A stretch of 63,988 nucleotides of DNA, filler included, from Asterionella formosa (lineage: Eukaryota), in the NCBI GenBank assembly GCA_002256025.1. It is 5 parts of 5 records of this genome, joined end to end, with 100 filler letters (N's around TTAATTAATTAA, not from the genome) between each part and the next. Parts side by side here need not be neighbours in the genome. Positions count along the whole stretch, not along the records: positions 25,871 to 38,692 come from NKIB01007164.1; positions 38,793 to 51,604 come from NKIB01007169.1; 3 more parts are not named here. The stretch is one strand, 5' to 3'. Both the position numbers and the translations under genes were made by a program. The stretch's first letter is position 1. Each line of letters opens with the position of its first letter. Shown here piece after piece: positions 35,101 through 46,949 of this stretch. The notes beneath the pieces are model-generated. The model was not told the origin of the DNA. It saw only the letters and a list, made by a program, of their open reading frames with translations, and searched no databases.

Positions 35101-38100
35101 TGTCTCACGATTAATCTCAGCTCTTGTCGGTTGATGGAAATAACTTGAATTCGCCAGGGCCAACTCCTGGGCTTCAATGGCCCTCCCTCGATCAGCTTCG
35201 TCTGCCAAAAAGGATTCATCTGATTCAAGTCCAGATGCAAACAACCGTAATCGAGCAAGTTGTGATATACAATGAAGAACAGGACCCCAACTTTCGTTTA
35301 GATATTCACCATCAATGACCGCAATACTCAGCAACGTGCGAATCGACTCTATATTTTTGTGCCTCATCTCTTTAATTGATCCCAAAAAAGTGAACTTCCC
35401 AAGAGAGTTCACAAACGTGTCTCGTGCCAACGACATGTCACTGTGTGCTGCTATTCTCACCGCGTACATAAATCCGTTGAGGCAAACTGCGATACTACGT
35501 TCATCATTGGAGCACTCCAAAACTTGGGACAATGTTCCGATAAGTGGACCCCACGTGACATCAAACATTGGCTTCACGACATCTGAGGGTGAGATAGAGT
35601 CGGTCATTTGGGCGTTAGCAGAGACGGCTCTGGACTTGCGCTTCTTAAAAAGTAATTCAGTTGCGCTCATCACTTCTTCGCGTTCCTTTTTGAATTTCTC
35701 TTTCCTTCGATCTTCTGCGCTACTTCCGAAGAAAGATGGTCCCTCAAAAAATAATGAATTTTCTAGCATCTCAGCTTCTTTTGCACGCTCCCTAGCTTCG
35801 TCATCTTCTTTGAGACTAAAAGGGCAAGCCTTGATGCGGGTAAAAATTCCAGTCAAGAACTCCTGGGGCAAATCAGCTCCGTCGGCGATGCCTCGATTGT
35901 TTCGGATGAACGAATCAAGAGTCATCTTTTTTTCTTCCTTTATATTTGGACTGTGTAGGTCTGTATTGAGCATGATGATTGAAAAAGCGAGAATAAAGGC
36001 TGTATCAGCTGAAGGGAAAATATCCAAGTTCTGGCGTGTAAATCGCTCAGCAAACTTTTCCATGATGCGGTCGATCTTTTGTGCTTCTCCAGGCAGTCTG
36101 AAACCGGATTGAAATTGCCGAATAGCATCATCAAAGACCATGTCAGCGAATTGAAAGGAATCCGCATAGTGATTAAGAATTCGGAAGAAAAAACCAGGCC
36201 CACCCTTTTCAGGATCAAGGCCTTTATCTTTCACAAATGCCGCATCAGGTTCACGGCCTAGGGCCTCTCCAATCATTGTCTTGTCAAGTTTGTTTTNNNN
36301 NNNNNNNNNNNNNNNNNNNNNNNNNNNNNNNNNNNNNNNNNNNNNNNNNNNNNNNNNNNNNNNNNNNNNNNNNNNNNNNNNNNNNNNNNNNNNNNNNNNN
36401 NNNNNNNNNNNNNNNNNNNNNNNNNNNNNNNNNNNNNNNNNNNNNNNNNNNNNNNNNNNNNNNNNNNNNNNNNNNNNNNNNNNNNNNNNNNNNNNNNNNN
36501 NNNNNNNNNNNNNNNNNNNNNNNNNNNNNNNNNNNNNNNNNNNNNNNNNNNNNNNNNNNNNNNNNNNNNNNNNNNNNNNNNNNNNNNNNNNNNNNNNNNN
36601 NNNNNNNNNNNNNNNNNNNNNNNNNNNNNNNNNNNNNNNNNNNNNNNNNNNNNNNNNNNNNNNNNNNNNNNNNNNNNNNNNNNNNNNNNNNNNNNNNNNN
36701 NNNNNNNNNNNNNNNNNNNNNNNNNNNNNNNNNNNNNNNNNNNNNNNNNNNNNNNNNNNNNNNNNNNNNNNNNNNNNNNNNNNNNNNNAATCCAAGAGCG
36801 TTTAAAAATGCCTTCAAGATTGTTACCAATACCTCCACGCCAGCCAAGGACAATTCGAAGTCTTGTTCAATCTCCTTCTTGGTCATGTTGGCAGTTTGTT
36901 GCGAAGTTGCCTTCCCACTCAATTTCGTTAGATTGTGGACAATCTCTTTATACAAATTCACGGCGTCGAAGTCACAATCATAATTCAAAAAGATTTGAGT
37001 CAAAAGGACGGGATCAAGGCAAAGCGACCGCAAAGCTTCCAAAACTAAAGCTTTCTGTTCGAAACTAGAATTGGGTGACTCCAGGACTCGTAAAAAAATG
37101 TTGCTCATAAAAACTTCAATTTCAGATTTCAAGTGTCTCTTGAACTTGTATACCAATACCAAAAAAATCTTTTGCGAAAGATATGCGACTTGAGTGTTAC
37201 TTGACATACAGTTCTTCAATAGAGAGACACACAGATAGTTTTGAACGGCGTAAATGAATTTTTCACCCAATCGAAAGGCATTTCCACAATATTCCAATAC
37301 AGTAGCGAGGAGCTCCAAGGAGAGAATTTTCGAATTCAAGGCAAGCGGATCAACTGACGAAGATCCGCCAAAGGAAATAACAGTTGACTTATTCCCCTCG
37401 TCTCCAGGTAAGGGCTTGCTTGAGAGTTTGCATAAGGCACGGAATAACAAGTATCCATCAGTATGAAATTGTGACGGAAATTTGGACGATTCCTTCTTTT
37501 CTCCGTTCTCTTGGTTGGCGTGATGCTCGCCCACTTTCGTTTCACTCGCGACAGGCTGCACCATTAAGGGATGCCTTTCACTGCATACCATGGCATCATA
37601 TGCCTCCATTCGATTAAAGACAGATTGCATCATATCAATCAAGGCCAACCTGCTCTGCTTCTTGCATTCAACGGACTTAGTAATGAGATACACGTGAAAG
37701 GTTGCTCGAATGCACATCAGCAGAGTCGCTTCGTGGATTCCACATTTCGGTGATGTCATGATTGCCACCATAGCCTTGACAACCCCTGACTGAATAGCTT
37801 CAATGTTCGATTCACTACACTTGGTAATGCTTTCAACAAGCAAATGAAGAGTCGAGTGCGGCGGTAAAGGGGGAACAGCTCCCTTGCCATTCGACCCAGT
37901 GTCCGAATCCTTGCCATCCGTAGTCCCTGCGTTACCAGAAATATATCGATCGATAATCAGAAGAGTCACACAATCTAGAGTCCATTCGGATGCCTTGCTT
38001 GTTTTTCCAGGATGCTGCAGAACCATGATGAATGCTTCCACAGAACATTGAACAGCCTCATGCATGGGCTCTTTCAAGAACGGATTGTCGTGCAAAGACG

Positions 38101-38651
38101 AACCGTTGCTCACAATTGCATTCATACTCATAGTTCGTTCCTGGATACCCGAAGGAATACTTTCTGTCGTGTCACTGTCTGTTTCATCCTGAGTCATACT
38201 ATCGTCCTGTTTCATCTCCGCCGAAAAAGCCGATGCTAGCACCTCGTCGGAGGTAAGACGTTTGCGGTTCTCGGCCTCCATCATCCACTCTGGCATGGCT
38301 GGCATCGCATCCTTTCGGGGAGGCCATATTTCGCCTTGAAAATCCGTCATGAGATGAATGGCGTCTGTCAATTTGGCTTGCACATCCTGTCGATGGAATG
38401 TAAGAGTGTCGAAGGTTAAGTCACGCACCGTTTAACAGTAGATTCTAGTACATAATCTACACAGAACTAACCTTGAAGCGTCTCCCTCGCATTTCTCGTT
38501 GTATCTTCTGAATTTTCGGAATGATTTCAGCAAGAAAGCAGCGATGCTTCGCCTGAATTTGATCCGAGGTCATGTCTTTGGCGGACTTCGCAGCTTCGTC
38601 GCTGAGGCCTTCTGAAAGACCAGCCAGTGCCTCGGAAACTAACGAGCTCAT
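32101..38651 (-). CDS. Large Sec7-domain ARF-GEF (BIG/Sec7 type), spanning an N gap
   Basis: DCB/HUS region (FLNYDCDF), Sec7 motif FRLPGEAQKIDRIMEKFA and IMLNTDLHSP, HDS domains (FSLQRLVEVADYNM, NLRSGWK). Intron at 38471-38387. Confidence 0.95.
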
Positions 38652-38692
38652 GGCGCTGGATGATGATGATGCGGTAAAAAGAATGGTATCGG

Positions 38693-38792
38693 NNNNNNNN
38701 NNNNNNNNNNNNNNNNNNNNNNNNNNNNNNNNNNNNTTAATTAATTAANNNNNNNNNNNNNNNNNNNNNNNNNNNNNNNNNNNNNNNNNNNN
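38693..38792. other. Artificial scaffold linker
   Basis: N-TTAATTAATTAA-N, 100 nt. Confidence 0.97.
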
Positions 38793-39828
38793 CATTATCG
38801 AGTCCATTCTGGACTTTGTTCAACAGCAAGCATGATGATGCTCTGATTACCTTGTGTGGGTTTGACCATGCTTCTTTCGAGCTCCTACACCAGCTGTTCA
38901 AACCTTGTTTTTATTCCTTTACTCCCTGTAGGAAAAATACGGATTTCATTGTTAGAAATTCAACAACAAAGAAAGGTCGGCAAAGATACCTCTGTTCCAT
39001 CAGTTGTCTAGCGCTTGGGTTAGCATGGACCAGGACTCGTGGTTCCTATATGATTCTTCAGATTATTTTCGGATTAACTCATGGTTCTTTGAGTGTTTGG
39101 TTGAGGTTTTCAAGGCAAATGATTGTAAAAGTACTGCTGACACATGAAGATGCCGTTGTGAGACTGCCTACTGCAGACGAAGCCACCTTGTTTGCAACCA
39201 TGATCAATCAGAAATACCCACTTATAACAAATTGTTGGGGAGCAATGGATGGTCTGAAACTGACCCTGCAACGGGCTGGAAATGAAACACAGCAGCCAGA
39301 ACAACTTCTACAATGGATGGACCCATGAACACTAGTATGTGACAAACTTCTTTCTTTTTTCGCCTGATGGAAAAATTCGCTGCTCATATTTCAATGCACC
39401 TGGTGTTCGACATGACTCCACCATGGCAATTTGGTCATCGATCTATGATCAGATTGAAACAGTTTACAGGCCGGGATACAGGCAAAAAAGTAGTTGTGGA
39501 TTCAGCATTTGCATCTAAAAAATCAAATGCAATGTTGAAATCGCATCAAAACAATGTTGATGAAAATGGTAATCCTCGACAAAGATTTGGTATGAATCGC
39601 CAAGCCACCTCCATCCGACAGCTGTCGGAATGGGGAATGCGATGCCTTCAGGGATCATTTCCGAGAATCAAAGACAAATTTCGATATGAAGAAAAAAGTG
39701 AGAGAAAATTAATTCTCCAAATTATTGTATTGCTCTACAACTTTCGTGCTAGCAAAGTTGGTCAGAACCAAATTGCTTCAGTGTATATGCCCTATTTGCA
39801 TAGGAATGCAAATAGATATGCCATGTAA
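38793..39828 (+). pseudogene. PIF/Harbinger (DDE_Tnp_4-like) transposase, frameshifted
   Basis: CWGAMDGLKL, FYNGW, FSPDGKI..NAPG..HDS, VVVDSAF, RQLSEWGMR.LQGSFPR, split across reading frames. Confidence 0.88.
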
Positions 39829-39905
39829 TGGTGCTAAATTATTCCTTCATGATTATTTAGCACCACTTCTTTCACATTATATTAGAATGAATTAATTTAA
39901 GGTTG

Positions 39906-41146
39906 TTATTCATCATCACTACTACTGCTACCACTGTTGTTTTTTGGTGTTTGACATTGAGTTGAGGCAGACAAAGTTTGTTGTGCATTGGCACCTGCTG
40001 TCGAGGTTGGATTTTGGCTTTGCATTGTTTGCTGCATTGAAATCATGTTTGAAGCAATAATTGAATTCATAATTGCCTGAGTGGGATTGGCACTGTCAGC
40101 CAGTGGAGGTGGTTGTTTGAGATACCCCATGCTGATTCAACAATGATGCCATGATTGACATCATCATCATGTTCATCATGTTCTGTTGCTGCAGTTGTTG
40201 CTGCTGTTGTTGTTGCTGCTGCAGGTTATCAGTATCAGTTCGAGTAGCCTTGTGAAGCAACTGTGTCGAAAGAAGAGAAACCTTTTTTCCAACAGGCCCA
40301 GTATTGTTTGACACTGCCTTATCTCTAAATCGAGGGGACACCATAGGTCGAGGAAATCTTGAACCAGAAAAATTAGCATAAGCAGCAGATGTTGCTCCAC
40401 CATTGTCTTCACTCTCCCCACCAGAAATCGCTATAAAATCATCATCAACATTTGGCTCATCAATATTGGGCTCATTGGGCTCTCTATCTATTCCAAGATC
40501 AGTGGATTCAATCTCAGCACTTGCATCTGCTCGTTGCTCGATTCCTCGAAAAATTTGTTTGGCATATCTCACCTCAGCAGGGCATGTTGGGTCCCCAGTT
40601 GGTTTCTTAACTTTGTGCAGCTGTGAAAACTTTCGGCGAAGTGAAGGTCCTGTCCGTTCTTTGCTTGTCTGGGAAATTCTCGTTGTGCTGTGATGCAACA
40701 ACTTCCCATTCATGGGACCCAATTGGCTGGTGAGTAGAAATGGCTTCCAGCAATGAGAGAATCTCATTGATCCTGAACTGTTGACCCCGACTCTGCATGC
40801 TTCGGCGAGCTCTTGGAAACGTTGGTGCTCGCCTGGCAGTTGCCGTTCTTGAAACTGAACTAGTAGGAGCACGTGAAAAATCGTTTTTGTTCCTTGATGG
40901 GGACTGAGTAACCCAAGAAACACCAATCTGAGAAACACCTGGGACACCTATCCTACTGTCCTCATCATCACTGGCAAACTCATCAGCACCAGTGTCATCT
41001 TCATTGTCGTCGTCCTCCTCCTCTTCTTCTGGTTGAGTCTGTTCTTGTTGTTCTTGTTGCTGGTGACGGCGACATTCAAGCAGCCTTGGAGAGGAAGGGA
41101 AGCCCTCCCTGGCTGCTCTCCTTTGACCAGAAGAAGATGAAGACAT
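39906..41146 (-). pseudogene. Myb/SANT-like (DUF6818-type) Harbinger accessory protein, frameshifted
   Basis: EILSLLEAISTHQPIGSHEWEVVASQHN, a frameshift near 40655, then SLRRKFSQL..KPTGDPTCPAEVRYAKQI. Convergent with the transposase. Confidence 0.8.
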
Positions 41147-41356
41147 GGCCGAAATCTAAAAGCGATGACGATCGATTTATTGAGGAGGTTGATTGATAGT
41201 ATGTAACGATATGCATGTGTATATGCATACTTATTTTGGCAAGAGCAAGCCATTTTGAGTATGAGCAAGCAAGTCTTGAAATATTCCGGGAAATTCTATA
41301 TACTCATTCATGTCTAAACATCTTTTTATATAATGCACTGTTATTTATAATTGTAA

Positions 41357-41426
41357 AAAATTTGTGTTTGTGTTGACCAAATTTGGTAAACGTTTACCAA
41401 ATTTGGTCAACACAAACACAAATTTT
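41357..41426. repeat. Perfect 70-bp palindrome
   Basis: AAAATTTGTGTTTGTGTTGACCAAATTTGGTAAAC is followed directly by its exact reverse complement. Confidence 0.95.
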
Positions 41427-41677
41427 GGGGTTATGGGTACAACTATTTGTGTTACTATAATACACATGATATAATAATTTTTTATTATCAGAGCGCGCCC
41501 AGTATTATAAATCTTGACACCCAGCATCCCGATAAATGTCTCATGCTGATTCAGCCTAGAACAGCCGTACTCCGACATGCGCAAATATTTGACATGATAT
41601 GCAGATGCTGATGCTGATGCCATTGTGTTGGCAATGAAATAACGCAGAAACGCTGATGCCGAAGTAGACCACACCAC

Positions 41678-42523
41678 ATGATGACCACAAAACCCATTCC
41701 TTCCGCTGAAGACTCCATCAATCCTCCATTGCCTTCCGTGGAATGGAAAGACACACAAGAACTTGGATACGACGATCAACCGAACGAACTGCCGTCGGTT
41801 TGCTTTCATTGTGGCCAAGCCGATGTCACCCTCTCAAAGTGCTCCAAGTGCAGGGTTGCAGGCTACTGCTCGCGAGAGCATCAAATAGCCGATTGGAAGC
41901 ATACTCCGGGCCACAAACTATCTTGCCAGAGTGAGTATAGGATCTGCAGGTCGTATAGTGGTCTAGAAGGAATTGTAGATACGAGTTTAGCATGTGCACT
42001 AACATTGACACCACACGCATCAGGTTACCTCCGAGCCGGCGTGGAAATGATGCTAACATCTGACAAAGATAAGGCGGCGGTTCGTACTGAAATTTTCGGC
42101 CGTATTCGTTTCTATGCATGCCCTTTTGCAGTCCATAAATCGGCGACCTTGGGACGGGGCTTTTTGTTCTTACAATCGGAGCGAACCTTGGCCGAGCTGT
42201 CCATAACGCTGCCCAAGGACACCAAGGGATACAAGATGCCCTTGCGAAGTATTTTGGTTCACTTTTTAACAATGGGAGAGTTTGACTCAGAGGTATGTCG
42301 AGACGATTTTGAACTCACTGCGGCGCGAAGTACACTTCGAGGGTTAGTGGAGAACTATGACGAACAGAAAGAGCTCGTTTTGTTGATGCGCTTTAGGTGC
42401 GGTCATGTTGCCATGGGCGTCGCCCCACTCGTACCAGATTTTTCCATCTGCAAGTCTCTAGGACAATCCTATTACGGCCAAGCGAGTGAAGGTGCTTTGC
42501 AACTCAATCTGGATGACATCTAA
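41678..42523 (+). CDS. MYND zinc-finger protein
   Basis: CFHC..CSKC..YCSREHQIADW..HKLSC. Probable 93-nt in-frame intron at 41931-42023. Confidence 0.88.
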   Translation: MMTTKPIPSAEDSINPPLPSVEWKDTQELGYDDQPNELPSVCFHCGQADVTLSKCSKCRVAGYCSREHQIADWKHTPGHKLSCQSEYRICRSYSGLEGIVDTSLACALTLTPHASGYLRAGVEMMLTSDKDKAAVRTEIFGRIRFYACPFAVHKSATLGRGFLFLQSERTLAELSITLPKDTKGYKMPLRSILVHFLTMGEFDSEVCRDDFELTAARSTLRGLVENYDEQKELVLLMRFRCGHVAMGVAPLVPDFSICKSLGQSYYGQASEGALQLNLDDI

Positions 42524-43149
42524 TCAACGGGGTACCGCAACGCTTTATTTTTCGTTAGTGATGATTGCATGTAGTTACCATACATCCTGTGGTGATTAGT
42601 CAGCAACAAAATACAGATGCGCCTGTTGGAACATAGCATGAAGAGAAAACTGTTGTGAGTCTCACGCACTCCGCCACTATGTTGCCTCCACAAAAGCAAA
42701 GAAAGAAAAAGGCCTGCCGAAGAGGTTTTGTTCATCATAAGCGTTGCAGGCTCCTTCACTCATGACGAATATGGAAATGACTTAATTCGAAGAAAGGAGG
42801 CGTAACAGTTGCATTTTACCAGAGGTTAAGATGCTTCCATGTAATAAATGTCGACAACTCAAAATTCATTTTAAGAATATAACTAAGTGTGAGAAAGAAC
42901 ATTATTTACAACTGACAAGCTCTTATGATTCAACTAGTACTGAAAATCCCTATATAGAACTTCATCACTGACATGATGACAAGTTGGCATAAAAATACAA
43001 GGATGCTGTTCTCTTTAAAGTTCCTCTCTCCTTCATATCATTATGTCAAATGATATGCAATTTACATTATTGGTAGTTGGAACAAGCAAATGCACGCATC
43101 GTCTTTGCATCGGAATTCCACTATTTTTCTGGGCAACACTACCTATGAA

Positions 43150-44954
43150 TCATTCGATGTCTTCAATTTCCAATTTAAAACCAGACATTCTGGGCAATTT
43201 AAATGAGGCAGAGTAGGTTAGCGACTCAATAGCTTGCGTACCACCACAAAAGTGCAGTTCAAGCTACTACTTACGTTGGTGAACCACTGTTGCAAAATTC
43301 GAACGGTACATGGTCACTAGATATTTCCCCTCCAATCAAATGAACTGGTTCATCGCTAATATTGCCCAAAAGCGAATCTCTGTAGTCGTCTCTACTAGGG
43401 GTGTAGTCAATCGTAGTAAACCCGGCTGCTGCCGCACCAGCGGCAGTCAGAGTTATGGTTTGCGAAGATGAACCCATGACAGGAACACCTTCAGAACCGA
43501 CCTCGCTTCCACCTAACACTGAATACGGATCTATATCTGATTCTTCCCCCACCGAGTAACCAGTGGAGCGCACGTCGCGAATTGATGATATGGGGGCGTC
43601 TGGTGTGGATGATTCGTCGTCGTGAATTTGATTGTCTTGTGGTGGTGCTGACGATTCACCACTAATGGGCAATTGGGCTTTTTCCGATCGTCGATACGTT
43701 AAATACCCGATCCCTGAAATGACGATCAATCCACCTACAACGGAAGCTGCAATAATAATATAAAGCGTGGAATCAGTGCCACCGTCATTGTTACTTGGTG
43801 CTGGGGCCACAGTTGGTTGATTTAGACTTTCCACCGAAACGACTGAAATGGGATTGGCTGGATTGCTTACTGATAATTGTTCCAATTTCAAAGTATAGCT
43901 GTTGGTGTCGGTTTCAAAGGGCGCTAAAAAAATTCTTTCCTCGAGGGAAGCATTGGTAGATTTGACTTTGTAGGTGATTGTTTGGTTATAGATATAGGCA
44001 GTTTTTGTTGCGCCTGTTCCATTCTGTAATCGGCGACTTTCAATCTGATTGGTAAGCTCCGTGGTGACAGAAGAGATGTATATGAGATCAGTGGAGAAGT
44101 TGTTCCAGTACATGAAAACTTGGTAACTTGTGATATTCTCCCACAAGGGGATGTCTTCACCACTCAACTTGGATAGCCCCTGGATGACCAATTTCAACTT
44201 GGACATAGCAGTATTACTAGTAGCGATTCCGGGCATTGATGACGGTACAAGAGAGGGTTCATCCGATGGAAGGTTACTAGGATATGCAAAAGGATTCTCA
44301 GTAGGGGGAAACGGTATTGAAAGCGATGGATTTGTTGAAATTACCAGTGCAACTGGGGTAGCAGTCTGTGATATCCAGTAGGTAGAAGGAAGACATGTAA
44401 GGCAACGATATTGACAGAAAAACGTATGTCCGAAGGTATGGCATCGGACTTACCGAAGGTTCCAGTGAACTTGGCTGATAACTGAGAGTCGGATTGATTG
44501 ATGCGACTCCAAAGGGCACGGGAGAAGGGGATGAACTGGAGATGGTTGGCATGCTGGAAGCAAAAGGTGAAATTATCGGCACCGACAAAGGACTAGTCGT
44601 CAAGGTCAAGTCTACGGGTACAGAGGTCATGACTATATTGGTGGGTGCTATGGTTGGTGTCATACTCCCGGGCACCTTGGGATTTTGCAAGGGTTGGCTT
44701 GACAAGGGTTCCGATATAGGAGCGGGATTTGCAAATGCAGTTGGTTTTTGGGAACTAAAGCGATTCACTGAAGGCCTCGAAGAAGTCGTCGTTTTCGAGG
44801 ATGGCATCAATGAAGTTGTTATCGATGACGGAGAGGAATTTTGAGATGGCGCCACTGTTGGGACTACCTTTTGTTGACCTGCAAACGCATCATCAAGGGA
44901 TGATGCGAGCAATAGAAAGATACTGAACCAGCTCGCCCTTAACATTTCTCTCAT
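43150..44954 (-). CDS. Type I membrane Ser/Thr/Pro-rich glycoprotein
   Basis: Signal peptide, PS/PT-rich stalk, TM segment IIIAASVVGGLIVISGIGYL followed by YRR. Intron at 44453-44366 and a probable last intron from about 43274, giving the end MSGFKLEIEDIE*. Confidence 0.75.
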
Positions 44955-45631
44955 TCTCAACACTTTCCCTTTTATGGGTCAATGAGCATCCTGCAAACAA
45001 ATTTGCAATAATATATTCAGAAGCTTGCATTTGTCACTCTCGTTGCTTCATGATGTTGGCTGATGTCTGGGTTGGTATCAAACCGCATCAAAATGCCCGG
45101 AAATAACAATATATGTATATCTCTTCTCGTATTCGAGATATTGTCGTTGAGAGTGCATGCGTGCTCGTGAGAGTGCATGCGTGCTCGTGAGATCAATAGA
45201 ACTGATAGTTCATCCCTAAACCGTCTCTTGTCGTTACTTAACTGCCATATCCGTTATTATTCCTAAATTTGAAATTCGTAGAAAATGTACAGACATGCAA
45301 CTGCAATACCTACTAAGCACATGGAGCACTGGTCGTTATTTACAGGGAGGATTTTGATCCCCTATGTCATCGCCTACATAGAACGTTATGTAGCATCTTT
45401 TGTTTAGAGAACGAGGGAATATTAGCTTCTCAATTTCATCTCATGTATTCATAGCGACTGGTACAAGGTAGTCTAGGGTACCTGGTACCTGGTACCAGGT
45501 ACCGGTACCGGATCGCTACGAGGTGGGAGTTCCCGCGAATCAATACAGATGCATATAGGGTTAGGGTTATACCCAATATATTGCTCAGAACTCAAATTGA
45601 GAGAACGACTAACAGTTAAGAGAATGAGTAT

Positions 45632-45877
45632 GTTGTACATAAAGATTGACTAATATGATCATGAAACATTCAACAAATACTACTACCTCTAGCAATTTTG
45701 GCATTGCCCACTTCCTTTGATCAAAAAGTCATAACCATTCTCTTGTCCATAGTAAGTTGTACATAAAGATTGACTAATATGCTCATGAAACATTCAACAA
45801 ATACTACTACCTCTAGCAATTTTGGTATTGCCCACTTCCTTTGATCAAATAGTCATAACCATTCTCTTGTCCATAGT
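45632..45877. repeat. 124-bp tandem duplication
   Basis: Two near-identical units starting GTTGTACATAAAGATTGAC at 45632 and 45756. Confidence 0.92.
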
Positions 45878-46565
45878 TTCAAACAAAAAAATGCAAATAA
45901 GAAGTGATATTATTCTTGGCTGAATCGGTTTCTATGATAAATTGATTTTCCAAATTTTGATGCACCACTTGTGCGCCAGAAAATTACTAGCACAAGTAAC
46001 ATACTTTTTTCTAGATTGACATAGCTTTACATACCTGTTCTTCCACACATATTATCTTGTGAAGTTTCTACAAAGTTCTGTCTTGCCCGAATTCCGCAAG
46101 CCAATCAAATCATGCTATGATTTTTGCATCATGAAAAAATTCCCTTCACTCAAATGGGTCATTGTCAAGAAACACAAGGCATCATGCAATGCATCCTTTT
46201 GCGGCGTCAATACAAACAACCAATTCTCAGTCAGTTAAAAATAGCTTGTTTCACATATTTTACTATAGTCTATCATGGTATTGTTTTAGTTGTCGTTGTA
46301 GTGATTGCGCAGCTACTGTGACAGTTTCAAATCTGTTCAGAGCATCGTCGTTTTAGACTGTGTATCCATGTTAAAGTGAGCTCATCTACGTAGTTAGGAT
46401 TCGGAGTCAAACGAGTCAAACGATTCGAATGAGTCAACTTTGATGTACCAAGCTCTCATCAACCACACATTATACATTGTTACTCCGCCTATAATGAGCC
46501 GGACGATATAAGCTATTTCGGAAGACCGATAGTTTGAAAATGAATGATCATGATTAAAAACCCAT

Positions 46566-46791
46566 GATCAGTAACAAGTGTGAGATAGACATGGGTCTAT
46601 CTACGATTGCATGTTTCTAGAAATGCAAACCGTATTTGGAGAATAGTTCGTTTGTTTGTTCAAACAGAACAACCTAAAACTAGATTAGTAAACTCACAAT
46701 AAGAATATAGAAACGGAAAGAGAAACGAACGTCTCTATCTATAGTCTTCTTTGTCTAACGATATAGATCTATCAAAATGTAATACTTTAAC
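46566..46791 (-). mobile_element. Possible LTR / solo LTR
   Basis: TGTTAAAG...ACTGATCA (TG..CA) with an internal TATATAG, just downstream of the Copia remnant. No TSD confirmed. Confidence 0.3.
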
Positions 46792-46949
46792 ACATCCAAT
46801 ACTAGTAGCGCTTGCAAGGGATTCTTCGGTTACCCTGATCGTGATTGCTGCCATACCGGTAAATACAAAAAATATCTTATAATAGAAAATAAAATATTTT
46901 CTTTTCTACACATGTAAAAAAATTGGGTTCGTAGTACCAGACGATGTAC

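Noticed and set aside
35315..36112. 265-aa plus-strand ORF and similar antisense ORFs in MSH4, eIF2B and LRR genes
   Set aside because: Antisense shadows of well-supported genes, with no recognisable motifs.
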